Positions 8,601 to 16,501 of a stretch of 20,000 nt of DNA are shown here, piece by piece. Source of the stretch: an uncultured virus (IMG/VR IMGVR_UViG_3300020814_000207). Lineage: Duplodnaviria; Heunggongvirae; Uroviricota; Caudoviricetes. The stretch is taken from IMG/VR virus record IMGVR_UViG_3300020814_000207, positions 55,927-75,926 of that record; one strand, written 5' to 3'. The stretch's first letter is position 1. Each line of letters begins with the position of its first letter. The position numbers and the translations under genes are program-made. Below the pieces are notes generated by a model that was given only the letters and a program-made list of their open reading frames with translations, was not told the origin of the DNA and made no database searches.

Positions 8601-9002
8601 TTATCCTCCAAATGCTAGTTTTACCAGCCCATCCGCATGCGTATTTTTTTCCCTTGGAACCCACGATATATTCCATTCCTTGAACTGCGACAATAATTCT
8701 AGCGCCTTATTTCGATGTTTTCGTAGCGTATCATTTCTGACTTTCCATACCTGATTCACCTGATTAGTGACTAGTTGGCTGTCGCTGAGAATATATACTA
8801 CATCAATGCGGTTCTTTAGGCATGCAGTCAAGCCAGAAATTAACCCCCTGTATTCCGCCATATTGCTGGTTCCAGTCCCGCACCTTCCGTAATCCTCAAA
8901 CCAAACCCTGGACCTATCGTCAACATGGTAAACAACAAACCCCATGGCTATTTTGTCGTCTCGCACACCACCATCAAAATACATTACTGCTGTTTTAGAC
9001 AT
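8601..9002 (-). CDS. rnhA: Ribonuclease HI, short archaeal-like/RNase_HI_like type
   Basis: YFDGG, SNMAEYRGLISGL, SDSQLVTNQV and WVPREKNTHADGL supply the D-E-D-D catalytic set. Confidence 0.92.
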   Translation of the reverse strand: MSKTAVMYFDGGVRDDKIAMGFVVYHVDDRSRVWFEDYGRCGTGTSNMAEYRGLISGLTACLKNRIDVVYILSDSQLVTNQVNQVWKVRNDTLRKHRNKALELLSQFKEWNISWVPREKNTHADGLVKLAFGG

Positions 9003-9325
9003 AATCTAACTTTCTCCAGAAAACTACGCAAGAGAAAACGATGACACTGCTTGGTGGATGTTTTGCAACACCAACATACGAACTCAACTTGGTCTAGGCG
9101 ATTTGCCATGTCTATAAACGCCTGCTTGTTGTTTCCGTAAGCGCCTCTCATCTCGTCGGTATATCTGACAACGTATTCTTCCCACGATATGAAGTTGCCT
9201 TTATAGCTATTAAGTAAATCCCATGATGGTGCGAATACTTCATGCCGTTCATCGCAATGAGTAAATGTTATTGGCTTACGGGCGATATCTATCTTAGTCA
9301 AATGGCGTTTCGGCACAAGTGCCAT
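8984..9325 (-). CDS. DUF488/YeaO-like protein
   Basis: FAPSWDLL...WEEYVVRYTDEM...VCWC...CHR is the DUF488 signature. Probable start is ATG 9325 (AGGGG upstream) rather than 9409. Confidence 0.75.
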   Translation of the reverse strand: MALVPKRHLTKIDIARKPITFTHCDERHEVFAPSWDLLNSYKGNFISWEEYVVRYTDEMRGAYGNNKQAFIDMANRLDQVEFVCWCCKTSTKQCHRFLLRSFLEKVRLCLKQQ

Positions 9326-10232
9326 TCCCCTGCTTTGGACATATTGTTCTAAAGTTACAATTAGCACATACGTATGTGTTGCCTGTAGCAATGAACCGCG
9401 ACTCATCATCGCGATACGAATCTACTTCGTCAAGAATATGCTGTTCTCGTTTAATGACATCTGCCTGCGCCTTAAGCCGATCCATATCTACCTTTATTGT
9501 GGTCTCGACATCCCTGTGGTTTTCGGCACCAAGAAAGACTGGTGATAAAAGGATGTTGCCAACTCGCTTAGTCCATCCGGACTTGAGGGCGAACATTGCG
9601 TATGTCATCATTTGTTCCGAAATAGAATCGTTTGGTTTGCCGGTTTTCCAATCCACAAGAACTACACTGTCATAGTATTTATAGGCAGCGTCTAATTTAA
9701 CCATAACCGGTTCGCCACCAGCAAGGTTAAATGTGGCAAACTGTTCTACTGGAAAGATATCATCCTTTGGCAGAGACATCAGATTATCCCAATGGGCAGT
9801 AATATGCAGGTTGTCAATGCATTTTATGGCCTTATCCTTTATCATCCCTGCTTGGTCATTACTTACACCAGTTTTGAAATAGTGTTCTGCTAGATTAACC
9901 GCCTTGCTTGGCCTATTCATCCATGCCTTTGTGACAGATTCTTTCCAGCCATCCCTAAACATCTCAATCGTCTTTGACTTCATATCGCTTGGCGAAGTAG
10001 GTGTTCCTGTCGACAACTTCGATTTGATAGCAAACTCTATGATATTATGAACAACGCTTCCGCACCACATAGCAAGATTGGTAATCTTTTTTAATCGATA
10101 GGCAAGTTTACTCCGTTCAGAAGCATTTGGCATCCATCCATTATTCGATAGGTAATACGTAAACCAATACGCCAATGGACATTCTCTGAACTTCTTAATG
10201 CGACTTTCAGACCACGCAATTCTATTTGCCAT
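9294..10232 (-). CDS. PD-(D/E)XK exonuclease, Cas4/AddB-like, probable Fe-S cluster
   Basis: WSESRIKKFRECP, GSVVHNIIE, VE, VKLDA, LVDWKTG, QMMTYA and C-terminal CANCNFRTIC. One N-terminal plus three C-terminal Cys fit the iron-staple pattern. Confidence 0.88.
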   Translation of the reverse strand: MANRIAWSESRIKKFRECPLAYWFTYYLSNNGWMPNASERSKLAYRLKKITNLAMWCGSVVHNIIEFAIKSKLSTGTPTSPSDMKSKTIEMFRDGWKESVTKAWMNRPSKAVNLAEHYFKTGVSNDQAGMIKDKAIKCIDNLHITAHWDNLMSLPKDDIFPVEQFATFNLAGGEPVMVKLDAAYKYYDSVVLVDWKTGKPNDSISEQMMTYAMFALKSGWTKRVGNILLSPVFLGAENHRDVETTIKVDMDRLKAQADVIKREQHILDEVDSYRDDESRFIATGNTYVCANCNFRTICPKQGNGTCAETPFD

Positions 10233-10983
10233 AAATCCTCGCTATACTATCGACAACTTCTCTGTTGTTCCATATTCCATGAGCTAAATGAAATATCTTA
10301 GTATCTGCACACATGTTGTTTATCCACTTAAGTACGTCCCTTGTGTAATGCGTTTCAGGATAATTATTGAATATCCTGGCATTCGCGGCTATCACTGTTG
10401 TATCGTCTGCGCTTATTGCATGACGACAAGTTTGTGTTAACGCTCTTTGATCCACGTTTTTAGAGACATATCCCCTAAATAGCTTCTCTCCGATTAATTC
10501 GTTTTGAATACGTATCCATTCTTCGATAAACAGTCTTGCGGTAGGGGTGTTGTGAACAAATAATGTGCCAGCGCTTACATCATTCCACATACTATTGCGC
10601 TTGCCACGAAAGCTATTTTCGGTTACAATATGATTTGTATCTATCCCCCATAATGTTGGGGCTACATCAAATCTCCTGTTAAAAAATTGTCTTGGTGTAT
10701 TGACTATCAAACAATCTGCGTCAAGCATTAAAATGTTGTCGACGCGTTGCATAGCATCTAGAATAGCCATGGCCTTATTTGTATAATGCGTATTTGCGAT
10801 TTTGGGTCGTGCAAATATGTTATTAATAAGGACTCTCGTGTCTTTGATACCAAGATCTACCGCTGAATCTGAATAAACCAATATCTGTTCCATCTCCCCA
10901 TTGTCTAACCAACTATTAATGGTAGACCTAAGACAATTGGCATAGCCAGACGAACAATATGTTATTATATGGTATCGCATCAC
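10222..10983 (-). CDS. GT-A fold glycosyltransferase (nucleotide-diphospho-sugar transferase, GT77/GT8-like)
   Basis: K...ILDA, DxD motif MLDADCLI, SAGTLFV (NxG equivalent), FIEEW, DQRALT, FN and IFH motifs. Start is GTG 10983 or ATG 10980. Confidence 0.8.
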   Translation of the reverse strand: MMRYHIITYCSSGYANCLRSTINSWLDNGEMEQILVYSDSAVDLGIKDTRVLINNIFARPKIANTHYTNKAMAILDAMQRVDNILMLDADCLIVNTPRQFFNRRFDVAPTLWGIDTNHIVTENSFRGKRNSMWNDVSAGTLFVHNTPTARLFIEEWIRIQNELIGEKLFRGYVSKNVDQRALTQTCRHAISADDTTVIAANARIFNNYPETHYTRDVLKWINNMCADTKIFHLAHGIWNNREVVDSIARIYGK

Positions 10984-12155
10984 GTCACATAAATTGGCGC
11001 TTCTACTGTTTTCCCCTTATTCGGATGAATCAGGAAAAACGATTGACACGGAGGCTGGAAATCGGCCTTGATTCTAATGGAATATGCGTTATATCCAACA
11101 ACAGAGCCATTTACAACATAGTCGCTACCAGACATGCGACAGTGCCAATGCCCTAACACATCTAGGTCTGCTCTGTTAAATTTGTTCCATTGTGCAATAG
11201 CCTTGTTTAGTGGAATATGCACCCCGCCAACACCACCATTATAGCGAATGCCATCGCCGTGATGGAATCGGATTATCATATCATATACTTCGAGATAGCT
11301 AAAATACCCATCTGCAACCCTGAAGATAACTTTGGGGTTATTCATATATCTTGAAGCAAGAAAATTGTATATTAACCACTCATAACTGTTGATGTTGGCT
11401 GTTGACACCTTGGGTTTCTGTGTTGTTCTGCCATGATTGCCTATACAACATGGTATCACGATCCTAGAGAATCCACCATTTTCCAGTAGAAAATCAATTC
11501 CGCTAGAGACTAGTTCAAAAATTTTCAATGCAGATTGTATTGGCGATAACGAATTACTTTCTATTAACTCTTCGTGAATATGTCCAGCCATTAGGTCTCC
11601 GAGCAACGGAACGACAAGTGTATCTATCCTAGATTTTGATCTTGTCATTTCGATTAACTTAAGACCATTTGTCCATAGCCTGTTAACGCGATCAACTGCG
11701 ATATCTAGATTGAAGTCGTTAACACCTTCGACCATTTTGGGATTAACAACCTCTTCAAGATGCCAGTCAGAGGCCACAATAAAGGCTGTTGAATGAGAGT
11801 CTGTGTCCCCACGATCAACTTTAATCCTGACGGGTTTTGTACTATGCACATGCTTGGATAACTCAATTATTTCTGTTATAGACTCTTCTTTTTTGTTTAA
11901 CTCTTCGACCAACCTAGTGTATTTAGATTCTGTTTTTGTCTTTGCATCTCTTAGTTTGGCAAGTTGTTGGTCTATTTTGATCTGGTTTAACGCATCAACT
12001 GAAATATTATTCGTATTTGTGCCAGATGATATGATTGTGCGAGCCCGTGTAATAAGTTCTCTGGTCTTCCACATAGACAAACCAATGGCATCCTTGATCT
12101 GTTCTCTACTTTTACCGTCTCGCACCATCTTCATGACTTGTTCTAGCTTTTCCAC
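10980..12155 (-). CDS. Calcineurin-like metallophosphoesterase with N-terminal HTH-like segment and coiled coil
   Basis: All five motifs present: SDWH, LGD, GNHG, HHGD and GHWH. Likely start is GTG 12155 (GAGG upstream, after the RNR stop at 12166). Confidence 0.85.
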   Translation of the reverse strand: MEKLEQVMKMVRDGKSREQIKDAIGLSMWKTRELITRARTIISSGTNTNNISVDALNQIKIDQQLAKLRDAKTKTESKYTRLVEELNKKEESITEIIELSKHVHSTKPVRIKVDRGDTDSHSTAFIVASDWHLEEVVNPKMVEGVNDFNLDIAVDRVNRLWTNGLKLIEMTRSKSRIDTLVVPLLGDLMAGHIHEELIESNSLSPIQSALKIFELVSSGIDFLLENGGFSRIVIPCCIGNHGRTTQKPKVSTANINSYEWLIYNFLASRYMNNPKVIFRVADGYFSYLEVYDMIIRFHHGDGIRYNGGVGGVHIPLNKAIAQWNKFNRADLDVLGHWHCRMSGSDYVVNGSVVGYNAYSIRIKADFQPPCQSFFLIHPNKGKTVEAPIYVT

Positions 12156-12165
12156 AGAACACCTC

Positions 12166-13911
12166 TCACAAATTACATTGACCACCAGGACAATCGTTAT
12201 TTGACACACCAGCTACAAAGTCGTCAATATGATCCTTAACATAACTAATTGGAACTGGTGTAAGCGGGCTTTCCCCCTTGCTTCCATCCCTATATATAGT
12301 AATACCTTTGAGATATCTAATGTTTCGCATCATAATTGAACTAAGTTCTTGAATTGGATAATCTTTTGGCAGGTTTATAGTTTTACTTATAGAATTGCAG
12401 ACATGTTTCTGGCATACAGACTGAATCAAACAATGCTGCTCTGGAGATATGTCGTGTGCGCCTTCAAAAGTTTCTATGGATTTGCCAGACATAAGAAATT
12501 CTTGTAATAATGGATGGACAATAGTTTCCACACCATCCCCTTTTGTTGACTCGTGCCTATTGAATTTTATCTTATAGACAGGAGAAAATATTGGTTCTAT
12601 TCCAGACGAAACGCCAGCCACAATGCTGATTGTGCCGGTTGGTGCTATTGTCAATATCGCACAATTACGTATTCCATATTCAAGAATTTTGTTTTTCATT
12701 TCGACTGTCAGACTTTTGATAAATCGCGAACCAACAAACTGTCGTCGATCTAGTTTTGGAAAAGATCCCTTTTCAACTGCCAAAAAAGTACTGGTCTCAT
12801 AAGCCTTTTTCTTAATGAAATCCATTACCTTATCGACCAGTTTAAGAGCCTCTGGGCTGCTGTACTTTACCCCAAGCTTCAACATAAAGTCATGTAGTCC
12901 CATGACTCCCAGACCAATTCTTCTATATTGCTGTGCGACCTCTTTCATGAAGGGTAGCGGATAATCACTACGGTCTATTACGTTATCGAGAAACCTCACA
13001 CTAACCATAACCGTATCTGCAAGCATTTTCCAGTTTACTCTGCCATTAATAACATGTGTGGGTAATACTATTGCTCCAAGATCGCACGACCCACCATGGT
13101 TCATGACTATTTCGCCACATGGATTTGTCGCTATCAGCTTTGTATCGTAGGCTATGTTGGACATCTCGTTTGCTAATCCAAGGTTGATTATTCCGGGATC
13201 GCCACAGTTCCATGCATTCTGAACTATCTTGTCCCATAGTTTCTTTGCTGGCATTGTTCCATACTGCGTTCCGTCCCAGGCGAATACAACATCCTTATTG
13301 TTCTTGACAAGTCTTAGAAACTCATCGTCGATTGTTACGGATATGTTGGCATTAGTAAGTTCATTTTCGTCTAGCTTTGCCTTCAAGAATTCTGGTATAT
13401 CTGGATGCCAATATGGCAGAGCAAACAACAATGCACTTCGTCTATTGCCCCCACTTCGCAATTCATTGCAAACAGCATTGATGCATCGCATGAGGCTAAC
13501 AGACCCCGTTGACCGTCCATTAGTGCTTTTAATCTTCGCTCCTCGTGGTCTGATTTTAGCAAACGACAACCCAACTCCACCGCCAGTTCCAGAAATGATG
13601 GTTACGCTACGCAGTGCTTCCCCCCACCCCTCCCTAGAATCTTCCACGTCCAATACAAAGCAATTTAACAGATGACCATGTGCTCGTCCAGCACCAGACC
13701 ATATACGACCACCTGGAGAAAATCTGTTCGTATTCATTACGTCGTAGAATCTACTTTTGAATTCGTCTCTCTTGGTTCCGCATTCGACTGTGGCTACGCA
13801 TTCCGCTACTCGCATACACGCTTGATCAAATGTCTCGTTATCATGTATCGCATAACGATCTTTGAATATTGTTAACGCGAAACCCGCTGGTTCATACTTG
13901 GGTAGCTGCAT
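12166..13911 (-). CDS. nrdJ: Class II (adenosylcobalamin-dependent) ribonucleotide reductase
   Basis: SPGGRIW, LNCF, GGGVG, RRSA, NANISV, TNPCGE, CDLG, RRIGLGVMG, IAPTGTIS, SSGIEP, SKTINLP, KGITIYRDGS and C-terminal CPGGQC. It lacks the class I YY radical-transfer pair, and no nrdB is adjacent. Confidence 0.9.
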   Translation of the reverse strand: MQLPKYEPAGFALTIFKDRYAIHDNETFDQACMRVAECVATVECGTKRDEFKSRFYDVMNTNRFSPGGRIWSGAGRAHGHLLNCFVLDVEDSREGWGEALRSVTIISGTGGGVGLSFAKIRPRGAKIKSTNGRSTGSVSLMRCINAVCNELRSGGNRRSALLFALPYWHPDIPEFLKAKLDENELTNANISVTIDDEFLRLVKNNKDVVFAWDGTQYGTMPAKKLWDKIVQNAWNCGDPGIINLGLANEMSNIAYDTKLIATNPCGEIVMNHGGSCDLGAIVLPTHVINGRVNWKMLADTVMVSVRFLDNVIDRSDYPLPFMKEVAQQYRRIGLGVMGLHDFMLKLGVKYSSPEALKLVDKVMDFIKKKAYETSTFLAVEKGSFPKLDRRQFVGSRFIKSLTVEMKNKILEYGIRNCAILTIAPTGTISIVAGVSSGIEPIFSPVYKIKFNRHESTKGDGVETIVHPLLQEFLMSGKSIETFEGAHDISPEQHCLIQSVCQKHVCNSISKTINLPKDYPIQELSSIMMRNIRYLKGITIYRDGSKGESPLTPVPISYVKDHIDDFVAGVSNNDCPGGQCNL

Positions 13912-13912
13912 T

Positions 13913-14419
13913 TTAGTTCCCTTCTATGACACCGAAGATCGCATCGATGTTCGCACGTATTGTATCCATATTCATTTTCAACATCTCAATTTTAATGTCA
14001 TGGTCTCTTAGTAAGATGCTCCTGGCTTCCCTATCATGCACATCATCAACAATGCACTTGGACCTTGTTGCACCACACACTATTCTCGATACACCAGCCG
14101 ATATTAGTTTTGACAGACATCTAGAACATGGTTCTCCGGTGATATATGCTGTTGATCCCCTAAGTGACTTTGACGCATTTATTATAGCATTTTCTTCTGA
14201 ATGTATCACTATATAATACTTTAGGGGTCTATTGCTCAGAATACCTTTATCATCTTTGGTGTTGGGTGGACACCCATTATACCCAAACGAGATTGGTCTG
14301 TTATGCTTATCTACAAATACACATCCATGTTTAGTACTTGGATCTGGACTTCGACGAGAAATCCAAAATGCCATAAATAGATACCATTCATCATAGGATG
14401 GTCTTTTTATATCCAGCAT
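13913..14419 (-). CDS. dCMP deaminase, ComEB/T4 Cd-like
   Basis: RSPDPSTKHGC, GYNG, HSEEN (HxE) and PCSRC (PCxxC). Confidence 0.92.
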   Translation of the reverse strand: MLDIKRPSYDEWYLFMAFWISRRSPDPSTKHGCVFVDKHNRPISFGYNGCPPNTKDDKGILSNRPLKYYIVIHSEENAIINASKSLRGSTAYITGEPCSRCLSKLISAGVSRIVCGATRSKCIVDDVHDREARSILLRDHDIKIEMLKMNMDTIRANIDAIFGVIEGN

Positions 14420-15003
14420 TGAACACTATTCCGCATTTCGCTTTTACCAGACATTGCGATACTATGTGAAGACAATAGTTCTAAATCGCTTCCATGTTGT
14501 TCAAGTTTACTCTTTATTAGTTGTTGTACATCATCAACAAGTTTCATTGATGTTGGATTTCCGTATGATGCAATATCCGCGCGCCTTAAGGCAAACCAAT
14601 TAGTCATATTAGATAGCCCAACGCTGGCGATCAATTTGTCAGTCATCTTATCTGGAGAAAGCGCTACTGGCCATAGATCATACATGTGCGATCTAATTAT
14701 TCTATCAATCGAAGAAATCATTTGATATTCAAACCCATGCTGCGTAAAGAATGCTCTGGCTATATCAGACGAGATAAGCTGATGGGACTTAAAACTACGA
14801 CATTTACCAAGATCATGAAATACAGCACAACATACCGTAATGACATTGCGAACTTGCAAAAGGTCAACCACCCTTTGTGTGTGCTGGAAAACCGTACCAG
14901 TTCTTTGGCGAACATACATGCTTCTTTGTAGTTGTGAAATGTATGGCAATAATGCCTTTATTGTCGACTTATTCAACACGATGTTATTGATAATGCCTAG
15001 CAT
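14407..15003 (-). CDS. Stand-alone HD-domain phosphohydrolase resembling the HD region of CCA-adding enzymes
   Basis: VFQHTQRVV...AVFHDLGK...HQLISSDIA...IIRSHM...LRRAD. ATG at 15003 (TGATG coupling). Confidence 0.8.
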   Translation of the reverse strand: MLGIINNIVLNKSTIKALLPYISQLQRSMYVRQRTGTVFQHTQRVVDLLQVRNVITVCCAVFHDLGKCRSFKSHQLISSDIARAFFTQHGFEYQMISSIDRIIRSHMYDLWPVALSPDKMTDKLIASVGLSNMTNWFALRRADIASYGNPTSMKLVDDVQQLIKSKLEQHGSDLELLSSHSIAMSGKSEMRNSVQCWI

Positions 15004-15320
15004 CAATTCGGGCTCACGTAGTATCGTGGATTTACATTACTAATAGCCGGTACTTTGATCGTCAGCAATCCGTGAGAACAGACAGTTTCGATATGTGTAA
15101 GATCCCACTTATTGTCTACGGGAGAAGTTTGATATTGCATAGGGACGCTACCGATAGATCCATCAAGTGAATTTATCTCTTTGGCAATAATGATCAACGA
15201 TCTATCGTCGCCTATCTCAACAACAATATCCGTGTGCGTTCTACCCGGTACGGCAAATTCTACCATCAATAAATCATCATCAACAACAAACGGATTGAAG
15301 AGACAATTAACCTGTGACAT
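15003..15320 (-). CDS. Small heat-shock protein (HSP20/alpha-crystallin domain)
   Basis: VEFAVPG...DIVVEI...LII...IETVCSHGLLTIKVP matches the PG and GxLxIxxP alpha-crystallin motifs. Start uncertain (15320, 15335 or 15356). Confidence 0.7.
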   Translation of the reverse strand: MSQVNCLFNPFVVDDDLLMVEFAVPGRTHTDIVVEIGDDRSLIIIAKEINSLDGSIGSVPMQYQTSPVDNKWDLTHIETVCSHGLLTIKVPAISNVNPRYYVSPN

Positions 15321-15729
15321 ACGACTCAATTCCATTTTTGACAAAACGGACCACAACCTTGGCGAACTCTATTTTTTCGGCGTTGTCGCCATTCTGCATA
15401 TATTTATCAGTATATACCTCGACAAGATCTACAATTCGATTTCCAATGAATCTCAGGTGCTCTGGTAATTGAGATATAACCAATTCTCTCGCTTTTTGAA
15501 AATCTCTTTCAGGTTCAGAAACCAGTACGTCGTGTACGGCGTCAACATATCGAAGTAGAATTATGGCATCCTGTTGTGATACGTCATTTTCTGTTAGAAG
15601 TACGTTAATCGCGACGGACGTAATTATAGATACTTCGTTCTCGCTAAGACTATCTCTGAAATGATTATACCACACGTTCAGTACAACTATCAATAAAACG
15701 AAGATTGTCGCCGACACAATTTTACGCAT
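15307..15729 (-). CDS. Hypothetical protein with N-terminal TM helix or signal anchor
   Basis: MRKIVSATIFVLLIVVLNVWY hydrophobic N-terminus followed by a helical domain. Start at ATG 15729 avoids overlap with the upstream gene. Confidence 0.65.
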   Translation of the reverse strand: MRKIVSATIFVLLIVVLNVWYNHFRDSLSENEVSIITSVAINVLLTENDVSQQDAIILLRYVDAVHDVLVSEPERDFQKARELVISQLPEHLRFIGNRIVDLVEVYTDKYMQNGDNAEKIEFAKVVVRFVKNGIESYVTG

Positions 15730-15745
15730 GTTTTTCTCTATAATC

Positions 15746-16501
15746 TTATACACCAATGTCCTCCATTTCGCCTTCCTTAAAGTGATAGACAATAGAATCC
15801 ATCGCGGTTACATGAGACACGCCAAGCATAGCAAGACGAAGAAAGAAATCTTCATCCCCGTACCTGACTATGTGGCGAAAACTCTTGCCAGCAATATTGC
15901 CCTCCGGATACATTCCGGCATTCAGAGCAATGTCTTTGTAAAACAAACATGGCATATACGCACCGCCCGGCCTCAACATCGGACGAGATACGCTTTGTGC
16001 CGCTTGTAAAAATGCATCATCATTAAAGTTGTCCGGATGATTACCGAATTCGCCATGATACGCACCAGGGAAGATACCGTACTTAGGATGCTTTCTCTCG
16101 AATAACTGTGAACACACAACGCGTTCTGGACTAGCATGTTTTAATAGATTTTCAAGCCACCCAGGAGAGAACAGACAATCACTATTTACCAACACCACTA
16201 CAGGTTGTGCCTCAAGGATTGCCCTATTCCACCCCTTGTATACCCTACTAATGTATTCGGGCCAACCGATGCCAGCCCTGAATAGTTCATCTTCCGTCTT
16301 GCGATCATTGTTTTGAACAAAACATTTGATTCCGCGAGAACGTATGTGGTCGACTACGCTTTGTGACGGGTCATTGGCCACAAAGAAGAATTCTGCATCG
16401 CCAGACTGGATAAGCGGGGTGTGTCTAACGACCGAATCGTAAACAGCGTCGGCGAACCTAATAGATCTATATATCAATGAAACTATGCTTATTTTGCGCA
16501 T
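15746..16501 (-). CDS. Glycosyltransferase, GT2-like (GT-A fold)
   Basis: ISIVSLIY, VAND, GWNRAI, VLVNSDC (DxD-like), GWLENL, GDEDFF and VYHF. Confidence 0.85.
   Translation of the reverse strand: MRKISIVSLIYRSIRFADAVYDSVVRHTPLIQSGDAEFFFVANDPSQSVVDHIRSRGIKCFVQNNDRKTEDELFRAGIGWPEYISRVYKGWNRAILEAQPVVVLVNSDCLFSPGWLENLLKHASPERVVCSQLFERKHPKYGIFPGAYHGEFGNHPDNFNDDAFLQAAQSVSRPMLRPGGAYMPCLFYKDIALNAGMYPEGNIAGKSFRHIVRYGDEDFFLRLAMLGVSHVTAMDSIVYHFKEGEMEDIGV

Noticed and set aside
8601..9002. RNase H as part of a retroelement or retron
   Set aside because: No reverse transcriptase or ncRNA-sized gap is nearby; it is a stand-alone cellular-type RNase HI.
9294..10232. Cas4-like gene as a sign of a CRISPR-Cas locus
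   Set aside because: No repeat-spacer array and no cas1/cas2 or effector genes are present; solo Cas4-like nucleases are common in phages.
1360..13580. Nested minus-strand alternative-frame ORFs (1360-1638, 13046-13237, 13383-13580)
   Set aside because: They are short, fully internal to the primase or NrdJ, and have no motifs or other support.
2275..13911. Inteins, introns or homing endonucleases in dnaB, recA or nrdJ
   Set aside because: Protein lengths and motif spacing are normal, with no splice-junction or LAGLIDADG/HNH motifs.
14407..15003. HD protein as DatZ of a 2-aminoadenine (Z-genome) system
   Set aside because: No PurZ or MazZ is in the window, and the motif spacing resembles CCA-type HD domains.
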